DNA of 49,282 bases from Bacteroidota bacterium (GCA_034721855.1 JAYENB010000187.1:1-49282), one strand, 5' to 3'. Shown: positions 17,625 to 29,433, numbered from the stretch's first letter. Notes: a model not told the origin generated them from the sequence alone. Made by a program: numbers and translations.

Positions 17625-18779
17625 ATGAAAAGTCAAAAATGGAAAGACCTGATGGCTTTTTCTGCACGTGAAAAACGTGGACTTAGCGTATTGATAGTTG
17701 TTGTTCTGTTGTTGATTGTTCTGAGGGTATGGGCGCCATGGAAGAATTCAGATTTACAGGTTTACGATTTTTCCGGTTATGAAGCTGACATTGATAAATT
17801 TGAAATGCAGCTTACAAAAGAGACAAAAAAATCAGGAACATTTTCAGAATATAAATTCACGCCTGATAATAACCTGAATTACGATAAACCCCTTTTCCCA
17901 TTCAATCCCAATACGGTTACTGTTGATGAAATGTTATCACTTGGGTTTACGGATAAACTTGCTCAAAACATTGTCAATTACAGGAACGCAGGTGGGAAAT
18001 TTTACGAGGCAGCGGATATGAAAAAAATATATGCTATGCCTGAGAAATTTTATCTGCACATAAAATCCTACATCAGGTTAAAAAATGATGAAAACAAAAC
18101 ACCTGAACAACACAAAGTCTTTCAATTTAATCCCAATAAAATAAGCTCAGACAGTTTGCAATTGCTTGGTTTTGCTCCTGATGTGTCTGAGAGGTGGATT
18201 AAATACAGAAAGGCTGTCGGCGGATTTGAAAACCTGGATGATATAAAAAAACTGTATGGCATTGACACTGCCCTGCTACACAAGTTATCTCCTATCATGA
18301 GTTTTAATGTGGATGCTGATGGGGAAGACCCTGTAAGTAAAGAAATCATAACTGTGCAGATTAACACAACGAACAAAAAAGGACTCATTGAAACAGAAGC
18401 TGTAAGCGAATCTATTGCACAACGGATCATCACATACAGAAATTTGCTTGGTGGTTATTATAAAACCGATCAGTTACTCGAAGTGTATGGTATGTCACAA
18501 ACGAATCTGAATAAACTAAAGGATCACATTATTATTGATGAGGAAAATATTACCCATATTGACCTAAATAAAATTTCCTTCGGTGATTTGTTGAGACATC
18601 CCTACATGACAAAAAACAATGTAAAAAACATCATGAAATACCGTGATTTTGCAGGCAGAATTAAACATCCTGAAGAATTGCTGAAAAATAACATCATTGC
18701 AGACACTACCTATCAAAAAATCATTCCATATATACATTTACCAAAAAAAACAAAGAACAAAATTCAAAATCCAAAATAA
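17625..18779 (+). CDS. Membrane-anchored ComEA-like protein with four helix-hairpin-helix repeats
   Basis: N-terminal TM; repeated FNPN...LG...I..YR...GGF...L..LYG. Confidence 0.85.
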   Translation: MKSQKWKDLMAFSAREKRGLSVLIVVVLLLIVLRVWAPWKNSDLQVYDFSGYEADIDKFEMQLTKETKKSGTFSEYKFTPDNNLNYDKPLFPFNPNTVTVDEMLSLGFTDKLAQNIVNYRNAGGKFYEAADMKKIYAMPEKFYLHIKSYIRLKNDENKTPEQHKVFQFNPNKISSDSLQLLGFAPDVSERWIKYRKAVGGFENLDDIKKLYGIDTALLHKLSPIMSFNVDADGEDPVSKEIITVQINTTNKKGLIETEAVSESIAQRIITYRNLLGGYYKTDQLLEVYGMSQTNLNKLKDHIIIDEENITHIDLNKISFGDLLRHPYMTKNNVKNIMKYRDFAGRIKHPEELLKNNIIADTTYQKIIPYIHLPKKTKNKIQNPK

Positions 18780-18780
18780 T

Positions 18781-18812
18781 TTTGTGATGTAAAAAATAAA
18801 TATGTATTTTTG
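18781..18812 (+). promoter_or_regulatory. sigmaA promoter of rpsU
   Basis: TTTG (18781) and TATTTTTG (18805-18812). Confidence 0.65.
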
Positions 18813-18854
18813 CAGCCCTCAATTTGAAACAATTATATTTAAACTGTAGAACCT

Positions 18855-19046
18855 ATGATTATAGTACCAGTAAAAGAAGGCGAAAATATTGACAGGGCTT
18901 TGAAACGCTTCAAACGCAAATTTGAGAAAACAGGCGTTATCAAAGAATTGCGTGAGCGGCAAGCATTTACCAAACCATCAATGCAACGTCGTCAGGAAAT
19001 GATGAAAGCAAAATACATCCAGAAACTCAGGGACAAAGAAAATTAA
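18855..19046 (+). CDS. rpsU: 30S ribosomal protein bS21
   Basis: VKEGENIDRALKRFKRK...FTKPS; Tyr at position 54. Confidence 0.97.
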   Translation: MIIVPVKEGENIDRALKRFKRKFEKTGVIKELRERQAFTKPSMQRRQEMMKAKYIQKLRDKEN

Positions 19047-19180
19047 TATCACTTTATCCACCAATAGAGCTAAAATTCTGACATTTTTTTAATCGTATTT
19101 ACAATTTTATTTGTAACCTTTTCGTTATTATTTACGTAATGAATAATGAATAAAAGACACGTGAAGTTGATTAAGGTTTT

Positions 19181-20080
19181 ATGCAAAAGGATATTTACCT
19201 GAATTTTTTGAAATTTGAAAAACGCTATTCCGCACATACGGTAAGAGCATACCAAAACGATATTGAACAATTTTACCTTTTCTTTTGTCTGTCTGATACA
19301 AATGAATTAATCGAATTACGTAATTTGGACTCGAAAGAAATACGTTCCTGGATAGTACATTTAATGAAAACTGTTTCAGCACGATCAGTAAAAAGAAAAC
19401 TGGCAAGCATTAACGGTTTTTACAGTTATCTGATAAGAAATAAGATTGTATTGCACAATCCGATGAGTAAAGTACAAGCACCGAAAACCAAAAACATGCT
19501 ACCCGAATTTGTCCCCGAAAAGCCCTTGGAGGATATGCTTAAGCTTTTTGATAATCATGAGGATAATTTTTCGGCTATCCGGGATTATCTTTTGATAGAA
19601 TTGCTTTATAATACCGGCATGAGGCAGGCAGAATTAATCGAATTAACTCATGCTGATGTGGATGCAGGGCAAATGCAGATTAAAGTAATGGGAAAACGTA
19701 ATAAAGAGAGAATCATTCCAGTATCAGATAATGTAATTAAGCTTTTAAATGAATATGCGACAGCCAAAGCCGGTCAGCATTTCTCATGTCAGAATAACGC
19801 TCCTGTGATGGTAACTGATTCCGGTCATAAACTTTATCCTTCATTCGTTTATAATAAAGTGAACTATTACCTTGGGCAGGTAAGCAGCATGAAAAAACGG
19901 AGCCCTCATATTCTCAGGCACAGTTTTGCCACACACATGCTAAATCGCGGAGCAGATCTCAATGCCATAAAAGAATTGCTTGGACATGCCAACCTGGCCG
20001 CAACCCAAATATACACACACAATAGTTTTGAACAATTAATCAATATATATAATAAGGCTCATCCACGAGCCGGGAACTAA
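19181..20080 (+). CDS. xerC: Tyrosine recombinase XerC
   Basis: YSAHTVRAY, TGMRQAEL, GKRNKER, PHILRHSFATH, LLGH, TQIYTH; conserved rpsU-xerC-hpf synteny. Confidence 0.88.
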   Translation: MQKDIYLNFLKFEKRYSAHTVRAYQNDIEQFYLFFCLSDTNELIELRNLDSKEIRSWIVHLMKTVSARSVKRKLASINGFYSYLIRNKIVLHNPMSKVQAPKTKNMLPEFVPEKPLEDMLKLFDNHEDNFSAIRDYLLIELLYNTGMRQAELIELTHADVDAGQMQIKVMGKRNKERIIPVSDNVIKLLNEYATAKAGQHFSCQNNAPVMVTDSGHKLYPSFVYNKVNYYLGQVSSMKKRSPHILRHSFATHMLNRGADLNAIKELLGHANLAATQIYTHNSFEQLINIYNKAHPRAGN

Positions 20081-20084
20081 TTAA

Positions 20085-20092
20085 AAGGAGGT
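20085..20092 (+). promoter_or_regulatory. Strong Shine-Dalgarno of hpf
   Basis: AAGGAGGT, 4 nt before ATG 20097. Confidence 0.8.
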
Positions 20093-20096
20093 TACT

Positions 20097-20399
20097 ATGA
20101 ACATTAACGTACGTTCTTTACGATTTGACGCAGACAAAAAACTCGTTGAATTTATCAACGAAAAAATGGAAAAATTAACAAAAGTAGCTCCCGATGTCAT
20201 AGCTGCTGATGTAACTTTGAGGGTGGATAACGGTTCATCCCTTGATAATAAGTTTGTGGAAATCAAAATTGAAATTCCTAAAAATGATGAAATCTTTGCG
20301 AAAAAACAGGCAAAAAGCTTTGAAGAAGCTGTTGACTTGAATTATCAGGCTCTCCGTCGTCAATTGAAAAAATTCAAGGAAAAACAAAGGCAAAAATAA
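20097..20399 (+). CDS. hpf: Ribosome hibernation promoting factor (short HPF/RaiA)
   Basis: MNINVRSLRFDADKKLVEFI.EK..KL...SFEEAVD...LRRQLKKFK. Confidence 0.92.
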   Translation: MNINVRSLRFDADKKLVEFINEKMEKLTKVAPDVIAADVTLRVDNGSSLDNKFVEIKIEIPKNDEIFAKKQAKSFEEAVDLNYQALRRQLKKFKEKQRQK

Positions 20400-20566
20400 C
20401 ATTGCATAAACCAGTATAATACTCTCTTTTTATAAATCCTTTGATGGAAACAACAGAATTTGTTGTTATTTTAAATCTGCAACCCGTTTTGAGGGGGTGA
20501 GGTGGCGATGATGCATCCTGCATGTGTTTAGAGCTTTTCAATGCAGTGAAGGATCTGTTTTGTATG

Positions 20567-20582
20567 AGTTCGCTGGCAAGGC
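20567..20582 (+). repeat. Fragment of the AAGGC...AACGCAG element
   Basis: 16-nt identity agttcgctggcaaggc with 34223-34238. Confidence 0.5.
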
Positions 20583-20779
20583 AGTATAAACGTCTTAATT
20601 CGTTTGTAAGGTTAAAATGGGGAAGCATATTAATAGATATGTGAATAGTTATTATGCATATTGTTTCTGTTGTAGGAACATTTTACGTGTAAAGAAATTT
20701 AATAAAAACCTGGTTGTGAGGAAAATGTGTCTGTTTAAAAACTTTTTAACGGATACCTGAAAAAAATAATTCAAATATT

Positions 20780-20811
20780 TTTGTAAACTCAAATAAAAGT
20801 ATATATATTTG
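20780..20811 (+). promoter_or_regulatory. sigmaA promoter of the tRNA-tuf operon
   Basis: TTTG (20780) and TATATTTG (20804-20811). Confidence 0.7.
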
Positions 20812-20860
20812 CACTCCAATTTTCGGTACGCTTTTGGCGTAAAGGTTCTTTTTAATATAA

Positions 20861-20934
20861 GCCGATGTAGCTCAGTTGGTCAGAGCAGCTGATTTGTAAT
20901 CAGCAGGTCGTGGGTTCGAATCCGTCCATCGGCT
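20861..20934 (+). tRNA. trnT: tRNA-Thr(TGT)
   Basis: GCCGATG/CATCGGC; GCTGA-TTTGTAA-TCAGC. Confidence 0.95.
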
Positions 20935-20944
20935 CTTGTGACCG

Positions 20945-21027
20945 GGGGAGATACCAAAGTGGCCAACTGGGGCAGACTGTAAATCTGCTGGCGTATGCCT
21001 TCGTAGGTTCGAATCCTGCTCTCCCCA
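20945..21027 (+). tRNA. trnY: tRNA-Tyr(GTA)
   Basis: GGGGAGA/TCTCCCC; GCAGA-CTGTAAA-TCTGC; long variable arm. Confidence 0.96.
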
Positions 21028-21056
21028 CATTATACGGCTCTGAATGTTGTAAGGAT

Positions 21057-21129
21057 GCGGGAATAGCTCAGTTGGTAGAGCACAACCCTTCCAAGGTTGG
21101 GGTCGCGAGTTCGAGCCTCGTTTCCCGCT
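21057..21129 (+). tRNA. trnG: tRNA-Gly(TCC)
   Basis: GCGGGAA/TTCCCGC; CAACC-CTTCCAA-GGTTG. Confidence 0.96.
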
Positions 21130-21137
21130 CTTGGCCA

Positions 21138-21209
<72 letters not shown>

Positions 21210-21285
21210 CTGATTTTGATGTTATTAGAAAGGTTAAATTAAAAATAAGTAAAGTGATAAAGTAATATTATAAATTTTTAAAACC

Positions 21286-22473
21286 ATGGCAAAAGAAAAA
21301 TTTGAAAGAAACAAACCGCATGTCAATATTGGTACTATTGGTCACGTTGACCACGGTAAAACAACATTGACCTCTGCAATTACAAAGATTCTGGCCAAAG
21401 ATGGTTATGCCACAGAAGCCAGTTTTGATTCTATTGACAACGCTCCTGAAGAAAAAGAAAGAGGGATTACGATCAATTCTGCACATGTTGAATATGAAAC
21501 AGAAAACAGGCACTATGCCCATGTTGACTGTCCGGGACACGCCGATTATGTGAAAAACATGGTTACGGGTGCAGCTCAAATGGATGGTGCCATTCTCGTG
21601 GTTGCTGCTACTGACGGCCCCATGCCTCAGACAAGAGAACATATTCTTCTTGCCCGTCAGGTTAATGTGCCGAAAATTGTTACTTTCCTCAATAAATGCG
21701 ACCTCGTCGATGATGAAGAACTTCTTGAGCTCGTGGATATGGAAGTACGTGAACTCCTTAGCTTCTATGAATTTGATGGCGATGATGCTCCCGTTATTCG
21801 CGGTTCTGCTCTTGCTGCCCTTAACGGCGATGCTGATGGAGAACAACAGATACGTGATTTGATGAAAGCCGTGGATGAATGGATTCCCGTTCCTCCTCGT
21901 GATAATGAAAAACCGTTCCTCCTGCCTGTAGAAGATATTTTCTCAATTACAGGACGTGGAACTGTTGCCACAGGACGTATCGAATCAGGTGTTGTGAATA
22001 CTGGCGATGCAGTGCATATCATCGGACTGGGTGCTGATGGTCGTAAAACTGTTGTAACCGGTGTTGAAATGTTCCGCAAAATCCTTGACAGAGGAGAAGC
22101 TGGGGACAACGTTGGTCTGTTGTTACGTGGTGTAGATAAGAAAGAAATAAAAAGAGGTATGGTTGTAGCTCAGCCTGGTTCTATTAAACCAGTTACAAAA
22201 TTCAAAGCTGAAGTTTACGTCTTGAAAAAAGATGAAGGCGGACGCCATACACCTTTCCACAATAATTACCGTCCACAATTTTACTTGCGTACCATGGATA
22301 TCACAGGTGAAATTAAATTGCCCGATGGTGTTGAAATGGTAATGCCGGGTGATAATGTAACCATTGATGTTACGCTTATTTATCCTGTTGCATGTAATGT
22401 GGGTCTGCGGTTTGCTATCCGTGAAGGTGGCCGTACTGTAGGTGCTGGACAGATTATTGAAGTTGAAGAATAA
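21286..22473 (+). CDS. tuf: Elongation factor Tu
   Basis: [27 protein letters not shown]. Confidence 0.99.
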   Translation: MAKEKFERNKPHVNIGTIGHVDHGKTTLTSAITKILAKDGYATEASFDSIDNAPEEKERGITINSAHVEYETENRHYAHVDCPGHADYVKNMVTGAAQMDGAILVVAATDGPMPQTREHILLARQVNVPKIVTFLNKCDLVDDEELLELVDMEVRELLSFYEFDGDDAPVIRGSALAALNGDADGEQQIRDLMKAVDEWIPVPPRDNEKPFLLPVEDIFSITGRGTVATGRIESGVVNTGDAVHIIGLGADGRKTVVTGVEMFRKILDRGEAGDNVGLLLRGVDKKEIKRGMVVAQPGSIKPVTKFKAEVYVLKKDEGGRHTPFHNNYRPQFYLRTMDITGEIKLPDGVEMVMPGDNVTIDVTLIYPVACNVGLRFAIREGGRTVGAGQIIEVEE

Positions 22474-22503
22474 AAGAGCATTAAACTGGTAAAATGTAAA
22501 TTG

Positions 22504-22528
22504 ATTCGGCAAGCTTGCCTTGCCGAAT
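22504..22528 (+). terminator. Hairpin after tuf (terminator or processing site)
   Basis: attcggcaag...cttgccgaat; weak U tract. Confidence 0.5.
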
Positions 22529-22543
22529 TAATTTGTTCATTTT

Positions 22544-22616
<73 letters not shown>

Positions 22617-22631
22617 CTAAATAAAAGTGAT

Positions 22632-22820
22632 ATGGCTGTTTCATCATACATAAAAGGAACCTACGAAGAACTGATTCATAAAGTGTCCTGGCCTACATGG
22701 TCAGAACTGCAAAATAGCGCATTAGTAGTAATGGTTGCTTCCGTAATAATCGCACTAATTGTTTATTTGATGGATGTTTCATTTAAAAACGTGCTGGAAC
22801 TCATTTATAGTATTTTTTAA
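22632..22820 (+). CDS. secE: Preprotein translocase SecE
   Basis: ELIHKVSWPTW motif and one TM; between trnW and nusG. Confidence 0.95.
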   Translation: MAVSSYIKGTYEELIHKVSWPTWSELQNSALVVMVASVIIALIVYLMDVSFKNVLELIYSIF

Positions 22821-22841
22821 TTCATTGATTCGGGTATTGGC

Positions 22842-23390
22842 ATGGATAATAATAGAGATAAAAAATGGTATGTAATTCGGGCAATCGGAGGAAAAGAAAA
22901 ACGTGTGAAAGAATTTCTTGAATCCGAGATTGCACGTAGGGACTTACAGGACAGGGTTTCCAATGTTCTGATTCCCATGGAAAAATATTACCAGGTCAGA
23001 AACGGAAAAAAAATATCTAAGGAAAGAAACCATTTCCCTGGATATGTCCTGATTGAAGCTGCTCTCGATGGTGAAATTATCCATATCATTAAAAATGTTA
23101 CAAACGTGATCGGCTTCCTCGGAACTCAGTCCGGCGATCCCGTACCCCTGAGAGAATCGGAAGTAAATCGTATTCTTGGTAAAGTAGATGAACTCGCTGA
23201 ACAAGAAGAAGAGATTAACATTCCGTTTTATGTAAACGAATCAGTGAAAGTCATCGACGGGCCTTTTAATGGTTTTAAAGGAACCATTGAAGAAGTCCAC
23301 GAAGACAAGAAAAAACTGAAAGTTATGGTGAAAATTTTCGGTAGAAAAACACCATTGGAATTGAGTTTTATGCAAGTTGAAAAAGAGTAA
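22842..23390 (+). CDS. nusG: Transcription factor NusG
   Basis: KWYV...FPGYV; KOW DGPFNGF; [10 protein letters not shown]. Confidence 0.98.
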   Translation: MDNNRDKKWYVIRAIGGKEKRVKEFLESEIARRDLQDRVSNVLIPMEKYYQVRNGKKISKERNHFPGYVLIEAALDGEIIHIIKNVTNVIGFLGTQSGDPVPLRESEVNRILGKVDELAEQEEEINIPFYVNESVKVIDGPFNGFKGTIEEVHEDKKKLKVMVKIFGRKTPLELSFMQVEKE

Positions 23391-23394
23391 AATT

Positions 23395-23838
23395 ATGGCT
23401 AAAAAAGTAGAGGCCCTGATAAAATTACAAATACGTGGTAGTGCTGCAAATCCATCCCCTCCTGTCGGTCCCGCACTGGGTGCCAAAGGAGTGAATATTA
23501 TGGAGTTTTGTAAGCAATTTAACGCACGTACACAGGAACAGGCTGGGAAGGTTTTGCCTGTTATTATAACAGTGTATGGAGACAAATCTTTTGATTTTGT
23601 TGTAAAAACCCCTCCGGCTGCTGTTCAATTGCTTGAAGCTAGCAAGTTAAAAAAGGGCTCTCCGGAATCAAACCGCACCAAAGTAGGTTCAGTAACATGG
23701 AATCAGATTAAAGCCATTGCTGAAGATAAAATGGTTGATCTGAACTGTTTTAACATCGAATCTGCAATGAAAATGGTAGCTGGTACGGCTCGTAGTATGG
23801 GTGTTACTGTAAAAGGGAATGCCCCGTTTGATAATTAA
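23395..23838 (+). CDS. rplK: 50S ribosomal protein uL11
   Basis: [26 protein letters not shown]. Confidence 0.99.
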   Translation: MAKKVEALIKLQIRGSAANPSPPVGPALGAKGVNIMEFCKQFNARTQEQAGKVLPVIITVYGDKSFDFVVKTPPAAVQLLEASKLKKGSPESNRTKVGSVTWNQIKAIAEDKMVDLNCFNIESAMKMVAGTARSMGVTVKGNAPFDN

Positions 23839-23856
23839 AATTTAGCGTGACTCGAC

Positions 23857-24549
23857 ATGGCAAAAAAGACAAAAAACAGAAAACAGGCTATCGAAAAACT
23901 CGAAGCTGGAAAAAAATATCCAATTGACGAAGCTGCTGAATTGGTTAAGGAAGTTTCTTCAACCAAATTCGATGCCTCCGTGGATATGGATTTCAGACTC
24001 GGAGTAGATCCCCGGAAAGCCGACCAAATGGTCCGCGGTATTACTACCCTGCCACATGGTACCGGCAAAGAGGTGAAAGTGCTTGCGTTGTGTACACCCG
24101 ACAAAGAGGAAGAGGCAAAAAATGCCGGCGCCGATTATGTTGGCCTCGATGATTACATCGAAAAAATTCAGGAGGGATGGACAGATATGGATGTAATTAT
24201 TACTATGCCCCCCGTAATGGCCAAAATTGGTCGCCTTGGGCGTATTCTTGGTCCTCGTGGACTGATGCCAAATCCCAAAAGCGGAACTGTTACAATGGAA
24301 ATCGGAAAAGCCGTTGAAGAAGTGAAAAAAGGTAAAATCGATTTCAAAGTGGACAAATATGGCATCATCCATACCAGAATTGGAAAAGTATCCTTCTTGC
24401 CTGAGCAAATTCGCGACAATGCAAAAGAAATTGCTCAGACAATTGCCAAATTAAAACCGGCATCATCTAAGGGTACCTATATGAGGAGTGTACATATATC
24501 TAGTACCATGAGCCTTGGAATCCAACTCGATCCAAAGTCTTTGGTATAA
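23857..24549 (+). CDS. rplA: 50S ribosomal protein uL1
   Basis: [18 protein letters not shown]. Confidence 0.99.
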   Translation: MAKKTKNRKQAIEKLEAGKKYPIDEAAELVKEVSSTKFDASVDMDFRLGVDPRKADQMVRGITTLPHGTGKEVKVLALCTPDKEEEAKNAGADYVGLDDYIEKIQEGWTDMDVIITMPPVMAKIGRLGRILGPRGLMPNPKSGTVTMEIGKAVEEVKKGKIDFKVDKYGIIHTRIGKVSFLPEQIRDNAKEIAQTIAKLKPASSKGTYMRSVHISSTMSLGIQLDPKSLV

Positions 24550-24571
24550 ATTTTTTTAAGACTTTACTTCT

Positions 24572-25096
24572 ATGAAAACAAGAGAAGACAAAAACAAACA
24601 GATCGACATTCTGGCCGATGAGATCAATCGTTTCGATCATTTCTACCTTACTAATACACAAGGGTTGGATGCTGAAGAAACTACAGATCTCAGAAAACAA
24701 TGTTATGAGAAAGAAGTAAAGCTTACCATGGTTAAGAATACCTTATTTAAAAGGGCACTGGACAAAGCAGATGGTGATTTTGAAGAATTGTATGATTTAC
24801 TCAAAAGCAATATCACTGTAATGTTTTCTAATACAGCAAATGCTCCTGGTAAGGTTATCAAAACATTCATTAAAAACCATGATAAGCCCAGCTTGAAAGG
24901 TGCTTATGCTGCTGAAAATTTTTATCTTGGAGAAGATCAATTGGAAGCCCTTGCCGGGCTTAAATCCAAAGAAGAAATTCTCGGAGACATTGTGCTTCTG
25001 CTGCAATCACCAGCAAAAAACGTTGTATCACAACTCCAGAGTGCTGGTCAAATTATTGCCGGGCTTACCAAAGCACTGGCAGACAGAGAAGAGTAA
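24572..25096 (+). CDS. rplJ: 50S ribosomal protein uL10
   Basis: VKNTL motif; operon position. Confidence 0.97.
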   Translation: MKTREDKNKQIDILADEINRFDHFYLTNTQGLDAEETTDLRKQCYEKEVKLTMVKNTLFKRALDKADGDFEELYDLLKSNITVMFSNTANAPGKVIKTFIKNHDKPSLKGAYAAENFYLGEDQLEALAGLKSKEEILGDIVLLLQSPAKNVVSQLQSAGQIIAGLTKALADREE

Positions 25097-25133
25097 TTTA
25101 TTAATTGAATAACATTTTAAAAGTGATAGAAAA

Positions 25134-25508
25134 ATGGCAGATCTCAAAAAATTAGCTGAAGAGTTAGTAAACTTATCGGTAAAAGATGTCAACGAACTCG
25201 CTGATATCTTAAAAGAAGAACATGGTATCGAACCTGCTGCTTCTGCTCCTGTTGTCGCAGCTCCCGCTGGTGGCGAAGGTGAAGCTGAAGCAGAACAAAC
25301 TGAATTTGATGTGATTCTGAATTCAGCCGGACAAACCAAGCTGAAAATTATTAAACTTGTTAAAGAACTGACCGGATTAGGGCTTAAAGAAGCTAAAGCC
25401 TTGGTTGATGGTGCACCTGCTCCTGTTAAAGAGGGTGTGTCTAAAGAAGATGCCGAGCAATTTAAATCTCAGCTCGAAGAAGAAGGCGCTGAAGTGGAAT
25501 TAAAATAA
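25134..25508 (+). CDS. rplL: 50S ribosomal protein bL12
   Basis: [17 protein letters not shown]. Confidence 0.99.
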   Translation: MADLKKLAEELVNLSVKDVNELADILKEEHGIEPAASAPVVAAPAGGEGEAEAEQTEFDVILNSAGQTKLKIIKLVKELTGLGLKEAKALVDGAPAPVKEGVSKEDAEQFKSQLEEEGAEVELK

Positions 25509-25530
25509 GCCCACTTTTTTTACGTTTTTT

Positions 25531-25564
25531 AGGTTTAAAACCAGGTTTCTGGTTTTAAACCTTT
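25531..25564 (+). terminator. rplL-rpoB intercistronic hairpin (attenuator-like)
   Basis: Perfect 14-bp stem aggtttaaaaccag / ctggttttaaacct. Confidence 0.6.
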
Positions 25565-25599
25565 CGTCGTTTTGTATTTTCTTAACTAATCCAACGTCA

Positions 25600-28500
25600 A
25601 TGTCAGTAAATAATAGCCAGAGATATTCGTTCTCTACAACCAAAAATCAGCTTGATTATCCGGATTTTCTTGATCTGCAATTAAAATCCTTTAAGGATTT
25701 TTTGCAGCTAGATACAACTTTGGAAAAAAGAAAAAATGAGGGACTTTATAAAGTTTTCAACGAAAACTTCCCCATTTCAGATACTCGCAATAATTTTGTG
25801 CTGGAGTTTATGGATTATTCCATCGATTTGCCCAGGTATACCATTGAGGAATGCCTGGCCAGGGGGCTTACATATTCTGTCCCGCTGAAAGCCAAACTTA
25901 AACTGTATTGTACAGATCCGGAACATGAAGATTTTGAAACAACCATTCAGGATGTATGGCTCGGCCCCATTCCTTATATGACACCTAAAGGTTCATTTGT
26001 GATCAATGGGGCTGAACGTATCGTTGTGTCACAATTACACAGATCTCCCGGCGTTTTCTTTGGACAAAGCCTCCATGCTAACGGGACCAAATTGTATTCG
26101 GCACGTATCATTCCCTTTAAAGGGTCATGGATGGAATTTGCAACCGATATCAATTCTGTTATGTACGCATACATTGACAGAAAAAAGAAATTACCCGTTA
26201 CAACACTACTCAGAGCCATTGGTTTTGAAAGTGATAAAGAAATCCTTGAAATCTTTGATCTCGCCGAAGAAATTAAAGCAAACAAAACGGCGCTCAAGAA
26301 AGTCGTTGATCGGAAATTGGCTGCCAGAGTGCTTAGATCATGGGTGGAAGATTTTGTTGATGAAGATACCGGTGAAGTTGTTTCCATCGAAAGAAATGAA
26401 GTTATCCTCGACAGGGAAACCGTAATCAAACCTGAACATATTCAGACCATCATTGATTCTGGGTCCAAAACCATTCTTGTTCACAGGGAAAAATCAAAAA
26501 CCTCGGATTATGCAATCATTTATAACACGCTGTATAAAGACCCATGTAATTCTGAAAAAGAAGCTGTGGTCTATATTTACCGACAATTGCGTAGTTCTGA
26601 ACCTCCCGACGAAACAACTGCACGGGAAGTAATTGATAACTTGTTTTTCTCCTCTAAGCGGTATGATCTTGGTGAAGTTGGACGCTACAGGTTAAATAAA
26701 AAATTGAAAATTGATATCAATGAAAACACCAAAACCTTAACAAAAGATGATATTATTGCTATCATTAAATACCTGATCGAACTGATCAATTCTAAAGCGG
26801 AAGTTGATGATATTGATCACCTGAGTAACAGAAGAATTCGTACTGTTGGAGAACAATTGGGGAACCAGTTTGGTGTCGGTTTGGCAAGAATGGCAAGAAC
26901 CATCAGGGAAAGAATGAATGTCAGGGATAATGAAGTCTTTCATCCCACCGACCTGATCAATGCAAAAACCTTGTCTTCGGTCATCAATTCATTTTTTGGA
27001 ACCAACCAGTTGTCTCAGTTTATGGATCAGACAAATCCGCTCGCTGAAATGACTCACAAACGACGTCTTTCCGCTCTCGGCCCCGGCGGATTATCCCGTG
27101 AACGTGCCGGTTTTGAAGTCAGGGATGTGCATTATACCCACTATGGTAGGTTATGTCCCATTGAAACACCTGAGGGACCAAACATCGGTTTGATCTCTTC
27201 CCTTTGTGTTTATGCTAAAATCAATGAGCTTGGTTTTATTGAAACGCCTTACAGAAAAGTTGAGGAAGAACAGGTAAAACTTAAGGAAGATATTCTTTAC
27301 CTCAGTGCAGAGGAAGAAGAAAATCATGTTATTGCTCAGGCAAATGCGCCCATTGATGATGAAGGAATGTTTCAGTCTGATAAGATCAGGGTGCGGCATG
27401 ACGGTGAATATGCCATGACTGAACCGGAAAGTATCCGTCTTATGGATGTGGCTCCAAATCAGATTGCTTCCATTGCAGCATCTCTGATTCCTTTCCTGGA
27501 ACATGATGATGCAAACCGTGCTCTTATGGGATCCAATATGATGAGACAAGCCATTCCATTGATCAAAAACGAAGCACCAATTGTGGGTACAGGTATTGAA
27601 GAAAGAGTGGCCAGGGATTCCCGGTTGCTTTTCCTTGCCGAAGGAAATGGTGTGGTAGAATACGTGGATGCTGATAAAATCGTGGTTAAATATAACCGCA
27701 GTGAGGAGGAAAAATTTGCTTCCTTTAATGATGATACCGTTACTTATGACATTACAAAATTTCAAAAAACCAATCAAAACAGCAATGTCAACTTAATGCC
27801 CATCGTCAGAAAAGGAGATAAAGTGCAAAAAGGAACCGTCATGACAGAAGGATACGCAACTGTTGGCGGCGAACTTGCTCTGGGACGCAATTTGAAAGTT
27901 GCCTTTATGCCCTGGAAAGGATATAATTTTGAGGATGCTGTGGTGATTTCTGACCGTGTTGTCCGGGATGATGTCTTTACTTCTGTGCATATTGAAGAAT
28001 ATCAACTTGATGTTAGAGATACTAAACGAGGCCTCGAAGAATTAACCGCAGATATACCAAACGTGAGTGAATCTGCAACAAGGAATCTTGATGAAAACGG
28101 GATTATCCGTATCGGTGCAAATGTGAAAGCCGGGGATATTATGATCGGTAAAATCACACCGAAAGGCGAATCCGATCCTTCACCTGAAGAAAAATTGTTG
28201 CGTGCTATTTTTGGTGATAAAGCAGGTGATGTGAAAGATGCTTCATTAAAAGCCTCGCCTTCTACATCCGGTATAGTGGTTGATAAAAAGTTGTTTTCCA
28301 AAATCTATAAAGACAAAAAAACAAGAAATCAGGAAAAAATTCTTGTTCAGAACATCGATAATGAATTCCAACAGGAGGCAGAAAAACTCAAAAACGTATT
28401 GCTTGAAAAATTGTTTGTTGTCGTTAATGGTAAAACTTCACAGGGAGTAAAAGACAACTTTGGGGCAGTGCTAATCCCCAAAGGCAAAAAATTTACGCTC

Positions 28501-29406
28501 AAAGCACTTGCAAAAATAGATTTCCTTGATGTTAAACCGTCCAAATGGACAACCGACAAAAAGAAAAACGCAACCATCGAAAAGATTTTACATAATTACC
28601 TCATTGAATTTAAAAACCTGGAGGGAAAATACAGGCGTAAATCCTTGAACATTACAATTGGCGATGAATTGCCAAATGGTATTGTTCAAATGGCAAAGAT
28701 TTACCTGGCCAAAAAGCGGGTTATTAAAGTCGGTGATAAAGTTGCAGGCCGGCACGGAAATAAAGGTATTATTGCCAGGATTGTCAGGCAGGAAGATATG
28801 CCTTTCCTTGAAGACGGAACGCCTGTTGATTTGGTATTGAATCCGCTGGGTGTGCCATCCCGTATGAACCTCGGACAAATATACGAAACTGTCCTTGGCT
28901 GGGCTGGTGAAAAACTCGGCATGAAATTTTCAACACCAATTTTTGATGGTGCCACGCTGGATCAGATCAATGATTTTACCGATAAAGTCGGCTTACCAAG
29001 ATATGGAAAAACCCATATTTATGATGGAGAAACCGGCGAAAAATTTGATCAGCCCGCTACCGTTGGTGTGATTTATATGCTTAAACTCGGGCACATGGTT
29101 GACGATAAAATGCATGCCCGTTCCATTGGCCCCTATTCACTGATCACACAGCAACCGCTTGGTGGTAAAGCTCAATTTGGCGGTCAGCGTTTTGGTGAAA
29201 TGGAGGTTTGGGCCCTCGAAGCATTTGGAGCTGCTCATACGTTGAGAGAAATACTCACTGTGAAATCCGATGATGTTAAAGGGCGTGCCAAAACTTACGA
29301 ATCAATCGTAAAAGGAACACCCATGCCAACTCCCGGAGTGCCGGAGTCTTTAAATGTGCTTATTCATGAGTTGCAAGGCTTGTGTCTCAATTTTGAAATG
29401 AATTAA
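25600..29406 (+). CDS. rpoB: RNA polymerase beta subunit
   Basis: [37 protein letters not shown]. Confidence 0.99.
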   Translation: MSVNNSQRYSFSTTKNQLDYPDFLDLQLKSFKDFLQLDTTLEKRKNEGLYKVFNENFPISDTRNNFVLEFMDYSIDLPRYTIEECLARGLTYSVPLKAKLKLYCTDPEHEDFETTIQDVWLGPIPYMTPKGSFVINGAERIVVSQLHRSPGVFFGQSLHANGTKLYSARIIPFKGSWMEFATDINSVMYAYIDRKKKLPVTTLLRAIGFESDKEILEIFDLAEEIKANKTALKKVVDRKLAARVLRSWVEDFVDEDTGEVVSIERNEVILDRETVIKPEHIQTIIDSGSKTILVHREKSKTSDYAIIYNTLYKDPCNSEKEAVVYIYRQLRSSEPPDETTAREVIDNLFFSSKRYDLGEVGRYRLNKKLKIDINENTKTLTKDDIIAIIKYLIELINSKAEVDDIDHLSNRRIRTVGEQLGNQFGVGLARMARTIRERMNVRDNEVFHPTDLINAKTLSSVINSFFGTNQLSQFMDQTNPLAEMTHKRRLSALGPGGLSRERAGFEVRDVHYTHYGRLCPIETPEGPNIGLISSLCVYAKINELGFIETPYRKVEEEQVKLKEDILYLSAEEEENHVIAQANAPIDDEGMFQSDKIRVRHDGEYAMTEPESIRLMDVAPNQIASIAASLIPFLEHDDANRALMGSNMMRQAIPLIKNEAPIVGTGIEERVARDSRLLFLAEGNGVVEYVDADKIVVKYNRSEEEKFASFNDDTVTYDITKFQKTNQNSNVNLMPIVRKGDKVQKGTVMTEGYATVGGELALGRNLKVAFMPWKGYNFEDAVVISDRVVRDDVFTSVHIEEYQLDVRDTKRGLEELTADIPNVSESATRNLDENGIIRIGANVKAGDIMIGKITPKGESDPSPEEKLLRAIFGDKAGDVKDASLKASPSTSGIVVDKKLFSKIYKDKKTRNQEKILVQNIDNEFQQEAEKLKNVLLEKLFVVVNGKTSQGVKDNFGAVLIPKGKKFTLKALAKIDFLDVKPSKWTTDKKKNATIEKILHNYLIEFKNLEGKYRRKSLNITIGDELPNGIVQMAKIYLAKKRVIKVGDKVAGRHGNKGIIARIVRQEDMPFLEDGTPVDLVLNPLGVPSRMNLGQIYETVLGWAGEKLGMKFSTPIFDGATLDQINDFTDKVGLPRYGKTHIYDGETGEKFDQPATVGVIYMLKLGHMVDDKMHARSIGPYSLITQQPLGGKAQFGGQRFGEMEVWALEAFGAAHTLREILTVKSDDVKGRAKTYESIVKGTPMPTPGVPESLNVLIHELQGLCLNFEMN

Positions 29407-29433
29407 TTTGTACTTATTTAATTGAGAAGATAT

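Noticed and set aside
19181-20080. Phage/ICE integrase next to tRNA cluster
   Set aside because: Size, motifs and rpsU-xerC-hpf synteny indicate housekeeping XerC
20374-20628. 84-aa minus-strand ORF
   Set aside because: No recognisable motif; overlaps element fragments and hpf
24550-24571. L10 leader before rplJ
   Set aside because: Only 22 nt between rplA and rplJ
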